DNA of 49,684 nucleotides from an uncultured Candidatus Poseidoniales archaeon (GTDB taxonomy: Archaea > Thermoplasmatota > Poseidoniia > Poseidoniales > Thalassarchaeaceae). Positions within the stretch are counted from its first letter, which is position 1. The number at the start of each line of letters is the position of its first letter. The stretch is from positions 5,054-54,737 of the forward strand of contig CAZKVK010000002.1 in assembly GCA_964556195.1 (NCBI GenBank), given 5' to 3'. This document shows positions 9,748-20,106 of this stretch, piece after piece. Below the pieces are notes generated by a model. It searched no databases and was not told the DNA's origin. It worked only from the letters and a program-made list of their open reading frames with translations. Position numbers and translations under genes: made by a program.

Positions 9748-10374
9748 TTAACTGGCTTCCAGCCAACTGGGATTGGGCGCATATTGAGTCTCGGCGCCGC
9801 CGTGGATTCGCTCCAACTTACCGAGTAGCCAAAGTCTGTCGAGGAACATCTGTAGCTCTACTCCCGAGCGGTTAATTCGATCACCCAATAGACTCTCAAT
9901 TGAGCCTACTGAAAGCGAGGTGTGACCGTGTTCTCGGACAACCAAGGTCATTACCAGCTGTATCCAAGATTCGGCCATTGGATCTCCGGATATATTATCG
10001 GACAAGGGCTCAGGATGTTCTTCTAATTCTTCAAGAAATAAACTGATTTCTGCTAGGTTTGGTTCACTTCTTTCTGGAACGCCTAACTCCTCTACCCCAG
10101 CGTCGATATCGAGGTCACCGATGACCCTTACTATGGAAGGTAAACGGCTTGGGTCTGGAGGGGGTCCGGGTAATTCTCTAACAACTTTGGAATCTGTAGA
10201 TTCGTCGGATGATTCCGAGCTTGAACCACTAACCGATTGAGTGTATCCAATATCGCCTTCTAGACCTATACGTTCACGATATAGGTTGACCCAAGATGGT
10301 GGGCCTTGGATTACAACTTCTACATCATGCTCGTTGGAGCGGAAGGAGAAACGGATGTTGTCCTCGTCAGTCAT
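9748..10374 (-). CDS. Hypothetical protein, possible C-terminal winged helix
   Basis: Start at MTDEDNIRF avoids overlap with acnA; C-terminal LSVGSIESLLG...LDRLWLLGKLERIHGGAETQYAP resembles a wHTH. Confidence 0.7.
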   Translation of the reverse strand: MTDEDNIRFSFRSNEHDVEVVIQGPPSWVNLYRERIGLEGDIGYTQSVSGSSSESSDESTDSKVVRELPGPPPDPSRLPSIVRVIGDLDIDAGVEELGVPERSEPNLAEISLFLEELEEHPEPLSDNISGDPMAESWIQLVMTLVVREHGHTSLSVGSIESLLGDRINRSGVELQMFLDRLWLLGKLERIHGGAETQYAPNPSWLEAS

Positions 10375-10405
10375 GTAATCACCGGTTGGGTTGTCAGATT
10401 TCAAT

Positions 10406-13090
10406 TCAAGCCTCAGCCAAATTACGTAAAACGGCCTGAAGGATTCCCCCATTTCTGTAGTAATCGACCTCCACAGGTGTGTCTAATCTGACGATTGCAT
10501 CGAATTCAATTACCTCTTGACTTTCCTTTGTCGCAGTGACCTTGATTGAGGAAAGTGGCACTAAATCAGCACTGGCAGGAATGTCGAAGGTTTCAGTTCC
10601 ATCAAGACCCAATGAATCAGCATTTTCACCTTCAGGGAATGTCAAGGGTAGCACACCCATTCCGACCAGGTTTGAGCGATGGATTCGCTCAAAAGAGGTT
10701 GCAATAACGGCCTTAACTCCTAGTAAAAGAGTACCTTTAGCCGCCCAGTCTCTACTACTGCCCGTGCCATATTGAGTGCCAGCTAAGACTACCAGAGGGG
10801 TTCCTTCGGCTTGATATCTCATACTGGCATCGAATATTGAGACTACTTCATTGGTTGGGAAATGAGTGGTGAAGCCACCTTCGGTTCCGGGAGCGATCTG
10901 ATTACGAATGCGGACATTAGCAAAAGTACCTCGCATCATCACTTCGTGATTACCACGACGGCTTCCAAAGGAGTTGAAATCTCGAGGCTCGACACCCTTT
11001 GAAATAAGGTACTGACCGGCTGGCCCGTGATGAGGAAATGCCCCAGCCGGACTAATGTGATCGGTAGTTACAGAGTCTCCGAGTTTCAGCAGAACTTTTG
11101 CTCCATGAATGGGCTCGATTGGGGAAGGTAAAGGAAGGATTCCTTCAAAGAAAGAAGGTAGGCGGACATAAGTCGATTCGTCGGCCCATGGATATAGGGC
11201 AGATTTGGAACTACTAATCGCATCCCAACGTGGCTCTTGCAGGACATCCGAGTAGCGCTTTCGGAACATTTCTGGGTCGATTGAAGTAGCAATGGTTTGT
11301 TTGATCTCTTCATCACTCGGCCATATATCGGTCAGCATTATTGGACCATATTTGCCATGACCAATCGGGTCGGTCTGAAAATCGATATCTAGAGTTCCAG
11401 CAATTGCATAAGCGACTACCAAAGGAGGGCTTGCTAGATAGTTTGCTTTGACCTTCTGGTGTATTCTTCCTTCGAAGTTTCGATTTCCAGATAGTACACT
11501 TCCAACAATCAAATCCGCCTCATCGATTGCTGCTTCTATATCAGCGTCTAAAGGACCCGAATTTCCAATACAGGTTGTGCATCCGTATCCTACTACGCTG
11601 AATCCGAGTGAGTCAAGATCTTCGGTAAGTCCAGCAGCATCAAAATACTCGGTAACAACTCTAGAACCCGGAGCCAAGCTTGGTTTGACACTTGGTGCGA
11701 TTGACAGGCCGGCTTGTCTAGCCTTTCGAGCTAGTAGACCGGCGGCAATCATCACACTTGGATTACTGGTGTTGGTACAACTTGTGATTGCGGCAATAAC
11801 AATATCGCCGTGCTTCAGTTTGACGCCCCGAGAACCCACTTCAGCAGAGTCATCATTCCTGCTCTCATCAATGCCATGTCCACTGTGTCCAAGAGGTGCA
11901 TTGAGGCTTTCTCTCCAATGATCTTTCATGGCTGAAAGGTCGACCCTGTCCTGAGGGCGCTTTGGGCCGGCAAGTGCAGGTTCAACAGTAGATAAATCAA
12001 GAGATAGAGAACTTGTAAATGAAGGCTTAGGAGTTTGCGATGTATGGAACATCCCCTGTGCTGTAAGATAGCGTTTAACATCCTCAATGTGAGCTTCTTC
12101 TCTGCCAGAAAGACGCATGTAATCTAGAGTGGTTTCGTCGACTGGGAAGAATCCACAAGTCGCACCGTATTCTGGGGCCATGTTAGCAATGGTTGCCCTG
12201 TCGGGAAGACTTAGATTTGCAAGCCCTGAACCATGGAACTCCACAAACTTACCAACCACACCATGCTCCCTCAACATCTGTACTATTCTGAGAGTCATAT
12301 CGGTGGCTGTTACTCCGGGCCTAAGCGAGCCTGTTAACTCAAAACCACAGACTTCTGGCAGTAGCATGTAAATTGGCTGGCCCAGCATTACTGCCTCAGC
12401 CTCAATTCCACCGACGCCCCAACCTAATACTCCAAGTCCGTTGATCATGGTTGTGTGGCTATCTGTGCCAACTAGGGTGTCGGGCAACCAAGTACCATTT
12501 TCTTCTCTGGCTACGCTAGCGATCCACTCTAGATTCACCTGGTGAACAATACCACGTCCGGGGGGAACGGCACGGAAATTATCCAAACTTTGCTGACCCC
12601 ATTTAAGGAATTCATAGCGCTCCATATTTCGTTGATATTCAATCTCCAAATTTCTCTCTCTTGCATCTGGGAATAAGCCGGATACATCTACCTGAACGGA
12701 ATGATCGATTACCAAATCCACGGGAACCTGTGGATTAACTTTCTCAGGATCTCCGCCCAACTCTACCATAGCATCCCTGAGTGCGGCAATATCAACAACA
12801 GCAGGAACTCCAGTGAAGTCCTGTAAAATTACTCTGCTAGGTGAGAAGGGGATTTCTTCAGGAGTCATTTTCGGAGACCAAGATGCAATGCGTTCAACAT
12901 CTTCACAGGTAATGAGAAATCCATCACACTTTCGCAATGCAGCTTCCAGCAATAATCGAATAGTGAAGGGAAGAGAATCAAGGTCACAGAGACCTAATTC
13001 TTGCAGATGTGAAAGTGAGTGAAAGTCGGCGTCAGTACCATCAGATTTGCTAAATGACCTAAGCGAATCAAAGCCTTCTGAATCGTCCAT
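10406..13090 (-). CDS. acnA: Aconitate hydratase AcnA
   Basis: [66 protein letters not shown] at 13090 chosen as start. Confidence 0.97.
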   Translation of the reverse strand: MDDSEGFDSLRSFSKSDGTDADFHSLSHLQELGLCDLDSLPFTIRLLLEAALRKCDGFLITCEDVERIASWSPKMTPEEIPFSPSRVILQDFTGVPAVVDIAALRDAMVELGGDPEKVNPQVPVDLVIDHSVQVDVSGLFPDARERNLEIEYQRNMERYEFLKWGQQSLDNFRAVPPGRGIVHQVNLEWIASVAREENGTWLPDTLVGTDSHTTMINGLGVLGWGVGGIEAEAVMLGQPIYMLLPEVCGFELTGSLRPGVTATDMTLRIVQMLREHGVVGKFVEFHGSGLANLSLPDRATIANMAPEYGATCGFFPVDETTLDYMRLSGREEAHIEDVKRYLTAQGMFHTSQTPKPSFTSSLSLDLSTVEPALAGPKRPQDRVDLSAMKDHWRESLNAPLGHSGHGIDESRNDDSAEVGSRGVKLKHGDIVIAAITSCTNTSNPSVMIAAGLLARKARQAGLSIAPSVKPSLAPGSRVVTEYFDAAGLTEDLDSLGFSVVGYGCTTCIGNSGPLDADIEAAIDEADLIVGSVLSGNRNFEGRIHQKVKANYLASPPLVVAYAIAGTLDIDFQTDPIGHGKYGPIMLTDIWPSDEEIKQTIATSIDPEMFRKRYSDVLQEPRWDAISSSKSALYPWADESTYVRLPSFFEGILPLPSPIEPIHGAKVLLKLGDSVTTDHISPAGAFPHHGPAGQYLISKGVEPRDFNSFGSRRGNHEVMMRGTFANVRIRNQIAPGTEGGFTTHFPTNEVVSIFDASMRYQAEGTPLVVLAGTQYGTGSSRDWAAKGTLLLGVKAVIATSFERIHRSNLVGMGVLPLTFPEGENADSLGLDGTETFDIPASADLVPLSSIKVTATKESQEVIEFDAIVRLDTPVEVDYYRNGGILQAVLRNLAEA

Positions 13091-13200
13091 CTCAACGCCT
13101 CTCAATTTCTTGGGCTAGGGACCCCTCCATCAATGTGACTATTGGAAGTATTCTAGCAACTGATAGGTGGCAGTTCTAGGCTTAACTTCTGTAGCCTGAA

Positions 13201-14274
13201 TTAGTCGATGAGACTGACGCTTTCGATTGTAACGGGGTAAGTTGACAATTTGTTACTATCAGTACAGGTGTCTTGATTTTGACCGCAGCCGACCTGTGAA
13301 ATTGCATCAATCACAGTAATGCCATCGACTTCTTGGCCATCGATTTCACCCATGTAGGCCTTTCCGAAAGCCGTGTATTGGCCATCAAGATTTGGGGCAC
13401 CGTTAGAATCGACAAGATAGAATTGGGATCCTGCTGAATTTTGATGGCTGGAACGCGCCGCAGCAATGACGCCAGGATCATGAGTTTGGCCAAATTCAGC
13501 AGGAATGACCCAATTGGTCATGTCATTCTCACAGATAGTCGATGCTTCAAATCCTGCATTCGCACAGTAGCCAAAGTATTGGCCAGCATGTCCGCCCGTA
13601 CCATCGCCATTTTCAAAATCGCCACCTTGAATCATGAAGCCGTCCACAATTCTATGGAATATGGTTCCATCATAACGCGCGGCGTCTGCATTCGCCCGGA
13701 ATGATGCCGAATGCATTGGAGTTTCATTGTACAATTGAATCCAAATCTTGCCATTGTGGGAATTACCATTGGTGTCGGTCCAACTGAGTTCCATCAGTAC
13801 ACTTCCTGAGGTGCCCTCGATATTTTCTACTTCAAGTGCCTCTCCTGCAAATTTGAAGGCCACTAAGAACACCATTACCCCTACAAATACAGCAGCGAGT
13901 CCTGCTGGAGTAGGATTACCATCATCAAATAATTGCCAACCCTTGCCGAGTGAAATCGATTGCTCATCCATCATTGATGCCAATTTGTTTTGAGAGCGGC
14001 GGATTTCTTTGTTTGATGGTTCAAGTTTTAGGGCACGTTGGTAACTATTGTGCGCATCTTGCCAATGCATCTTTCGATTTGTCATGTCAATATCACCTTT
14101 GGCAACCTTTGCCTCGGCCGCCAAGGAAATCACCTGTACCTTGTGAGAGTTGCTTTCAGCCGCAGCCCATGCTTCGGTTCGAAGGAGTTCCAGAGCATCG
14201 TCTATATCACCAGAGTCAACCATTGATTGAGCTCGCGAGAGGGCTTCTTTCAGAGCGCTCGGCAATGGAGGCAT
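13201..14274 (-). CDS. TPR-like domain + TM helix + cyclophilin-type peptidyl-prolyl isomerase
   Basis: FHRIVDGFMIQGGDF, SAGSQFY and LDGQYTAFG motifs; YQRALKLEPSN TPR-like segment; central TM helix. Start at 14274 avoids the korA overlap and has TTCAAG 27 nt upstream. Confidence 0.88.
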   Translation of the reverse strand: MPPLPSALKEALSRAQSMVDSGDIDDALELLRTEAWAAAESNSHKVQVISLAAEAKVAKGDIDMTNRKMHWQDAHNSYQRALKLEPSNKEIRRSQNKLASMMDEQSISLGKGWQLFDDGNPTPAGLAAVFVGVMVFLVAFKFAGEALEVENIEGTSGSVLMELSWTDTNGNSHNGKIWIQLYNETPMHSASFRANADAARYDGTIFHRIVDGFMIQGGDFENGDGTGGHAGQYFGYCANAGFEASTICENDMTNWVIPAEFGQTHDPGVIAAARSSHQNSAGSQFYLVDSNGAPNLDGQYTAFGKAYMGEIDGQEVDGITVIDAISQVGCGQNQDTCTDSNKLSTYPVTIESVSLID

Positions 14275-14469
14275 GAGCCCGCCGACCACACACCCCTTGA
14301 AAACCGCAACGGATGGAAATTCAAACCTGTTAATCGTGATTATGACCTCTTGGTGGCTATCATATTGGGGAATTACGGAACGGGAACGGCTAATACCGGA
14401 CTTAACACGGCGCACGTTGCGCAAGCATACCGCAGGTGCGTCTAGACCCCCCCGGAGACCCCGATAAGG

Positions 14470-16272
14470 ATGGCAAAAACCGTCAACGATTTCACAATCA
14501 ATATCGCAACGGCAAATGGAACAGGGTCGCAGTCTGCGAACCTGATTCTGCTTCATTCAATGTTTGAAATGGGAGTTCCAGTTAGTGGTAAGAATCTCTT
14601 CCCAAGCAACATTTCTGGACTACCAACTTGGTTTATCATCAGGGCTAGTGACGAGGGGTATCAGGCCCCAGGTGACACCACGCACATTCAGGTTGTAATG
14701 AACAAGGACACTTGGCTAGCAGATGTGGAAAAGGCTGAGGCGGGAACAATTATCATTCACAACTTGGATGTCAAACTACCAGTTGAAAGAGATGATTGCA
14801 TTGTACTTGGAATGCCAATGACCAAGATGGCTCGTTCGATTAATCCAAAACTTGCGAGAATGATTGCAAACATGTATTATGTTGGAGCCTTGGCTGAAAT
14901 ACTCGGTATCGAGGAATCAGCAATCACTTCTGCAGTCGCTCAGCAATTCAAGGGTAAAGAAAGGGCAATTGAGTTGAATCTTCAAGCAATTTCTGAGGGT
15001 AGAGAATTTGCCCGGGAAAACTGGGATTGCGATATCAGCTATGCAGTTGAGGCACGAGATAAAGATCCAAACACATTCCTAATCGAAGGTAACGAAGCAG
15101 CGGCTTTGGGGTGCATATTTGGTGGAATTAACATGCTATCTTGGTATCCGATTACACCTTCTTCTTCACTTGCTGAAGCGATTATCGCTTGGCTACCAAA
15201 ACTTCGCCAAGCAGAAGACGGTGGCGCTACCTGTGCGGTAATCCAAGCTGAGGATGAATTGGCAGCTGCCGGAATGGTCGTCGGAGCCGGTTGGGCTGGT
15301 GGAAGAGGGATGACCTGTACCAGCGGCCCTGGTATTTCCTTGATGTCCGAGTTTATTGGATTGGCTTACTTCGCAGAGGTTCCTGGAGTGATTTGGGATA
15401 TCAATCGCGTAGGACCTTCAACTGGACTACCAACTAGAACCCAGCAAGGTGACCTAACTTTGCTATACGAAGCCAGCCATGGAGATACTCAACACATTGT
15501 GTTGATTCCGGGAACTGTGGATGAGTGCTTCGAATTTGGTTGGAAGGCTTTCGATGTAGCAGAACAATTCCAAACCCTTGTCTTTGGATTCTCTGACCTA
15601 GATCTGGGAATGAATCGATGGGTTACAGCGGGATTCGAATACCCCGATCAGAAATTAGACAGAGGTAAAGTAATCCGAACCCAAGAACAACTCGATGCTA
15701 TCGAGAACTTTGGTCGCTATCGAGATGTAGACGGAGATGGAATCCCATACCGCACTCTCCCTGGTAGCGGATTAGAACCGATTCTTTACAGAGGAACTGG
15801 TCACGATGAAGACGGAATTTACTCGGAAGATCCAGCAGTATATGCTGCAACGGTTGCACGCTTGAAGCGCAAGATCGAAGGGGCAAGAGACAAACTTCCT
15901 GCTCCAATTCTTCGCCAGGAAACCAATAAGCAGGTCGGAATAATCTACTATGGGTCGGTGGAGAATACGATTACAGAGATCGATGATATTCTCGAATCAA
16001 CTACTGGCATGAAGGTTAGCACCTGTAGAGTGAGAGCGTTACCATACCATTCCGAGGTAGAGCGCTTCGTAGCAGAACACAACCAAGTGGTAGTATTGGA
16101 AATTAACAGAGACGGACAACTATACGGAATCCTCCGCAAAGAGTTGCCTGTTGAACACCTCAGTAAGTTGCATTCTGTCGCCTTTAGTGATGGGATCCCC
16201 CCACGCGCCCGCGTATATGCTGAGATGATTTTGGAAACCTTGTCTGGCGATACAAAAGAGGTGATTGCATGA
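14470..16272 (+). CDS. korA: 2-oxoacid:ferredoxin oxidoreductase alpha subunit (fused gamma domain)
   Basis: ANGTGSQS, WYPITPSS, QAEDELAA, TSGPG and GPSTGLPTRTQQGD motifs; substrate specificity uncertain. Confidence 0.92.
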   Translation: MAKTVNDFTINIATANGTGSQSANLILLHSMFEMGVPVSGKNLFPSNISGLPTWFIIRASDEGYQAPGDTTHIQVVMNKDTWLADVEKAEAGTIIIHNLDVKLPVERDDCIVLGMPMTKMARSINPKLARMIANMYYVGALAEILGIEESAITSAVAQQFKGKERAIELNLQAISEGREFARENWDCDISYAVEARDKDPNTFLIEGNEAAALGCIFGGINMLSWYPITPSSSLAEAIIAWLPKLRQAEDGGATCAVIQAEDELAAAGMVVGAGWAGGRGMTCTSGPGISLMSEFIGLAYFAEVPGVIWDINRVGPSTGLPTRTQQGDLTLLYEASHGDTQHIVLIPGTVDECFEFGWKAFDVAEQFQTLVFGFSDLDLGMNRWVTAGFEYPDQKLDRGKVIRTQEQLDAIENFGRYRDVDGDGIPYRTLPGSGLEPILYRGTGHDEDGIYSEDPAVYAATVARLKRKIEGARDKLPAPILRQETNKQVGIIYYGSVENTITEIDDILESTTGMKVSTCRVRALPYHSEVERFVAEHNQVVVLEINRDGQLYGILRKELPVEHLSKLHSVAFSDGIPPRARVYAEMILETLSGDTKEVIA

Positions 16273-17306
16273 GTATGAGGCCGATTCAACTCAATGTTAT
16301 CGACCTACCAAAGGCAGACTACACTGGAGGACCCTCCTCTCTGTGCCCTGGTTGTGGACACGACCAAATTTCCAACGTAATCATTCAAGCGGCTTGGGAA
16401 AATGGTATCGCACCAGAAACAATTGCCAAGATGTCCGGTATCGGATGTTCATCCAAGACTCCTGCTTACTTCCTAGGTAAGTCACACGGATTCAATACAG
16501 TACACGGTAGAATGCCCTCGGTTACAACTGGCGCAAACATGGTCAACAAGGACTTGGCCTTCCTTGGTGTATCAGGTGACGGAGACACTGCTTCGATTGG
16601 AATTGGTCAATTCATCCACGCCATTCGACGCAATCTGAACATGGTTTACATTATCGAAAATAATGGAGTTTATGGATTGACAAAGGGTCAGTATTCTGCC
16701 ACAGTAGAGAAAGGCTCGAAGAAAAAGAAGGGGGTAACTAACGAAAACCCTCCAATTGATCTTTGCAAAATGGCAATCAACCTTGGATGCGGATTCGTAG
16801 CAAGGTCATTTTCGGGTTCAAAGAAGCAGTTAACCGCACTACTGAGGGCCGCCCTATCACACAAAGGAATGGCGGTAATCGATGTGATTTCACCTTGTGT
16901 TACTTTCGCAAATAATGATGAGTCATACCGCTCTTACAGCTACGTCAAGGGGAACGAAGAGGAACTGCACACAGTTGATTACATCCCACACTTTACCCCG
17001 ATTGAAGAGGTAGAAGTTCCCGAAGGTCAGTACGAGGATATCAAGCTCTTCGATGGCTCGACATTGAGATTGGAAACTCTTGGACAGGACCACGATCCAA
17101 GTAATGCAGTTGCCGCTTTGGCTGCAATTCATGATGCAGAGCAAAATGACAAGCACGTCACTGGAATTCTCTATTATGATTCAGAGATGAAGACCGCCGA
17201 TGAGGCACTGGGCTTGACTGAGACTCCTTTAGTTGACCTGTCTGAGGATGAACTCAGGCCTAGTAAGGATGCCTTGAAAGAACTCAACCAATCCTTCCGC
17301 GTATGA
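16269..17306 (+). CDS. korB: 2-oxoacid:ferredoxin oxidoreductase beta subunit
   Basis: CPGCGH, GIGCSSK, TPP-binding GDGD...NNGVYGLTKGQ and SPCVTF; ATGA overlap with the alpha subunit. Confidence 0.92.
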   Translation: MSMRPIQLNVIDLPKADYTGGPSSLCPGCGHDQISNVIIQAAWENGIAPETIAKMSGIGCSSKTPAYFLGKSHGFNTVHGRMPSVTTGANMVNKDLAFLGVSGDGDTASIGIGQFIHAIRRNLNMVYIIENNGVYGLTKGQYSATVEKGSKKKKGVTNENPPIDLCKMAINLGCGFVARSFSGSKKQLTALLRAALSHKGMAVIDVISPCVTFANNDESYRSYSYVKGNEEELHTVDYIPHFTPIEEVEVPEGQYEDIKLFDGSTLRLETLGQDHDPSNAVAALAAIHDAEQNDKHVTGILYYDSEMKTADEALGLTETPLVDLSEDELRPSKDALKELNQSFRV

Positions 17307-17371
17307 GTGATTTAGTCGATTATCTATCGGGCGGTTTCGTTGAAATATACGACCCGACTCGGCGAGTCGCT

Positions 17372-17447
17372 AGTCCCTTAGTGTAGCGGTCCATCATATG
17401 GCACTCTGGATGCCATGACCCTGGTTCAAATCCGGGAGGGACTACCA
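17372..17447 (+). tRNA. tRNA-Gln (anticodon CTG)
   Basis: Acceptor stem AGTCCCT/AGGGACT, anticodon arm TGGCA-CTCTGGA-TGCCA, T arm CCTGG-TTCAAAT-CCGGG, encoded CCA, no intron; AATATA box upstream. Confidence 0.96.
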
Positions 17448-17453
17448 AACAAA

Positions 17454-17633
17454 TCACAGTGCACGGTTGAGTAATCTAGAGGCGAATGAAATCATCAGGA
17501 TAATCATGAACCAAGCAACTGCATATCTTGCCCACGGAGTCTCTTTCTTTGGTTCAGGAAATGGGTCAATGCCCGCCTCGATAGCTTCTGCAAAGAGAGC
17601 TAATTCTTCCTCAATTGTCTCCGGCTCTCTCAT
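17454..17633 (-). CDS. Small single-TM membrane protein (59 aa)
   Basis: MREPETIEEEL... with a C-terminal hydrophobic helix; starts 10 nt after the aldo/keto reductase stop. Confidence 0.65.
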   Translation of the reverse strand: MREPETIEEELALFAEAIEAGIDPFPEPKKETPWARYAVAWFMIILMISFASRLLNRAL

Positions 17634-17643
17634 TATTTTTCCC

Positions 17644-18507
17644 TCAAGGTTCAGCAGTAGGATTCCAACCAGAAACATATGCTTCCTCCATCGCATTGAA
17701 TGCAGATTCAGTGCCACTGAGATTGACTTTCAAACTTGCAAGATTCTCATCAATTCTACCTGAGTTGCTAGACTTTGGAATTGTTATTGCTCCGGTGTCG
17801 TAAACCCACTTTATTGCTGCCTGCGCTGGTGTGCAACCAAGGGATTCTGAAATATTTGCAAGATTACTGCAACCCACCTTGTGACCCCTTGCCAATGGTG
17901 AGTAAGCCATCACCTGGGCCCCTATTGCTTCAGTAGCGGCTCGGAGCGCAGGTCGTTGATTCCAAGGATGTAATTCGACCTGATTTACTGCGGGTAAAAT
18001 GGTTGCATAGGCTCGCATATCATCGAGATGATGTGCTCCATAATTACTGACTCCAATCGACCTAGTCCATCCACGATCGAGACATTCTTCCATTCCTTTC
18101 CAAACTTCGGCTCTTGCGTTGATATCTTCCGGTGGAGCGTGCACAAGATACAGGTCAATACAATCCAAACCAAGCATATCTAGACTACTTCGACAGTGCT
18201 CTAGAGCCGCTTCATAACTCGTCGCATGGGGCCTCCTTAGTTTCGTCACCACAAAGATCTCCTCTCTTGCAACTCCGCTATCACGGATTGCCGCTCCCGT
18301 CTCGGTTTCGTTTGCGTAGGATCTTGCAGTATCGATTAGTCGATATCCACTGTTGATTGCATGCTGAACAGCGCTACGACATTCACCTCCCTCGGACATT
18401 TGCCAAACTCCGAGGCCAAACCTTGGCATATGCACTTCATGCTCTCGTTGACCTGTGGCTGTGTTGGTGTGTCCAATGGTTATGGTGTCAAACTCGCCAA
18501 CGCTCAT
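17644..18507 (-). CDS. Aldo/keto reductase
   Basis: GLGVWQ, GYRLIDTARSY, FVVTK, IDLYLVH, IGVSNY, NQVELHP, AYSPLARG and IPKS motifs. Confidence 0.95.
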   Translation of the reverse strand: MSVGEFDTITIGHTNTATGQREHEVHMPRFGLGVWQMSEGGECRSAVQHAINSGYRLIDTARSYANETETGAAIRDSGVAREEIFVVTKLRRPHATSYEAALEHCRSSLDMLGLDCIDLYLVHAPPEDINARAEVWKGMEECLDRGWTRSIGVSNYGAHHLDDMRAYATILPAVNQVELHPWNQRPALRAATEAIGAQVMAYSPLARGHKVGCSNLANISESLGCTPAQAAIKWVYDTGAITIPKSSNSGRIDENLASLKVNLSGTESAFNAMEEAYVSGWNPTAEP

Positions 18508-18593
18508 ATCGAGTCCTGAGAGACGCTTGACTTGAGTTTACTGTGAGGCGACGCTCAGGGCTGGATTGAAGCGTTTGACCCCCTCGTTGAGAC

Positions 18594-20105
18594 ATGGGTG
18601 AGTTGCCAGAGGGGGTCGAGTTTCCCTCGGCGGAGGTCGTAAAACCACATCCTTCTGCGGCTGCAGTAATCAGTAGAAATTCAGGAGATGAATTGGAAAT
18701 TCTACTCTGTCATAGAGTCTCAGAAGTTCCGAGTTTTCCCGATTTTTGGGCATTTCCGGGTGGCGGGATTAGTAGAGTTGACAGAGAAGTAGTAGAATCT
18801 GAACCCTTCTGGTTTTCTCAAAGAGATGATCGCGATTCGCTAATCGCTCTATTGAGAGAAATGGTGGAAGAAGTAGGAATTGCCCCCGATGGTAATGGAG
18901 GATTCCTAAATGTGCAAGTTGAAATTATGGACAAAGTCAATCTCAACAAGTCAGAATGGTCAAACCTAGTTTCGAAAGGAGAATTATCGATTGAAAATTT
19001 CGACCCCATACTGATTACACAAAGAACTACTCCTCCCGTTGCACCAATTCGTCACAGAAATAGGTTCTATCACGTTCCCACGGGAAATTATGCAATAAAA
19101 CCAAAATTACCCACAGGCCGTTCGGAATTTGATGAATTTCAGTGGTGGAAACCAGCTGATCTCCTCGATGCTTGGCTTTCTCACGAGGTTAAGTTACCTC
19201 CTCCTCAAGTTACGCTAATTCGTGACATAGTTAATTTAGGATTTACAGAATTGGCAAAAAATCCGCCAAGCGGATATCACAGAATCGAATATGCAAACGG
19301 CGTGGAGTTAGTGCCAATACCAACGGCAACACTTCCGCCAGCTACTCATACTGATTGCTATGTTTTAGGCCACCCTGGTGGCAGCAGAATCCTAGTAGAT
19401 CCTGCTGCTAGGTCGGGAGCGGCCTTAGAAATCCTAAGAGCTAAAGTGGCAGAGATAGAGGATTCTGGAAGCAAAATAATTGCTACTATTTTTACTCATA
19501 AACATCTCGACCATATAGGGGATATGTCTGAGATTTCCAAGATTTACCAAGCTCCTATTTTTGCGAGTGAAGAAACTCTCTCGGTAATTCCGAAATACGA
19601 AACACACAGGACGCTTAGAGAGGGGGATGTTGTCGAGAACGATGATGAATCTTGGACAGTTATCGAAACGCCTGGCCACTGTCCAGGACACATTTGTTTG
19701 GTTGGTGAAGCAGGAGTCGTAAGTGGAGATAACGCTGTTTTGTTCGGAACAATCCTAGTTCCCTCTTCAGATGGAGATATGAATGAATATCTAGCTGGAT
19801 TGGAACGGTTGAGAGACTTAGACCCAGCTCTACTTTTCCCAGGTCATGGGCCTATGGTTGCGAATCCAAAGAGGTTGCTGACACATTATTTGAATCACCG
19901 GAAGGATCGTCATTTGAGAGTGCTAAATGCGGTGAAATCAGGGAATAGAAGCCTAGATTCGATTACCCGTGAAGCCTACGAGAATACTCCAGAAGCACAT
20001 CCAAGTCTTGCTATGGATCAGACCTATTCCCACTTGCTCGCGCTTGAGAAATCAGGTGAAATTCAGCAAGAGAATGGAAATTGGCGGTTTGCTAAGGGGA
20101 ACTGA
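18594..20105 (+). CDS. NUDIX hydrolase + metallo-beta-lactamase-fold (LACTB2-like) fusion
   Basis: WAFPGG...REMVEEVG Nudix box; THKHLDH, TPGHCPGH, SGD and PGHG MBL motifs; C-terminal wHTH-like segment. Confidence 0.88.
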   Translation: MGELPEGVEFPSAEVVKPHPSAAAVISRNSGDELEILLCHRVSEVPSFPDFWAFPGGGISRVDREVVESEPFWFSQRDDRDSLIALLREMVEEVGIAPDGNGGFLNVQVEIMDKVNLNKSEWSNLVSKGELSIENFDPILITQRTTPPVAPIRHRNRFYHVPTGNYAIKPKLPTGRSEFDEFQWWKPADLLDAWLSHEVKLPPPQVTLIRDIVNLGFTELAKNPPSGYHRIEYANGVELVPIPTATLPPATHTDCYVLGHPGGSRILVDPAARSGAALEILRAKVAEIEDSGSKIIATIFTHKHLDHIGDMSEISKIYQAPIFASEETLSVIPKYETHRTLREGDVVENDDESWTVIETPGHCPGHICLVGEAGVVSGDNAVLFGTILVPSSDGDMNEYLAGLERLRDLDPALLFPGHGPMVANPKRLLTHYLNHRKDRHLRVLNAVKSGNRSLDSITREAYENTPEAHPSLAMDQTYSHLLALEKSGEIQQENGNWRFAKGN

Positions 20106-20106
20106 A

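Noticed and set aside
4832-12371. Numerous 60-157 aa antisense ORFs within the surface protein and acnA
   Set aside because: Fully nested opposite strong genes, with no motifs; expected from codon bias.
14275-14556. Cys-containing N-terminal extension of the 451-aa cyclophilin ORF
   Set aside because: It overlaps korA on the opposite strand; ATG 14274 has a promoter-like box at the expected distance.
17448-18507. Possible island integrated at tRNA-Gln
   Set aside because: No integrase, no duplicated tRNA 3' end noticed, and ordinary flanking genes.
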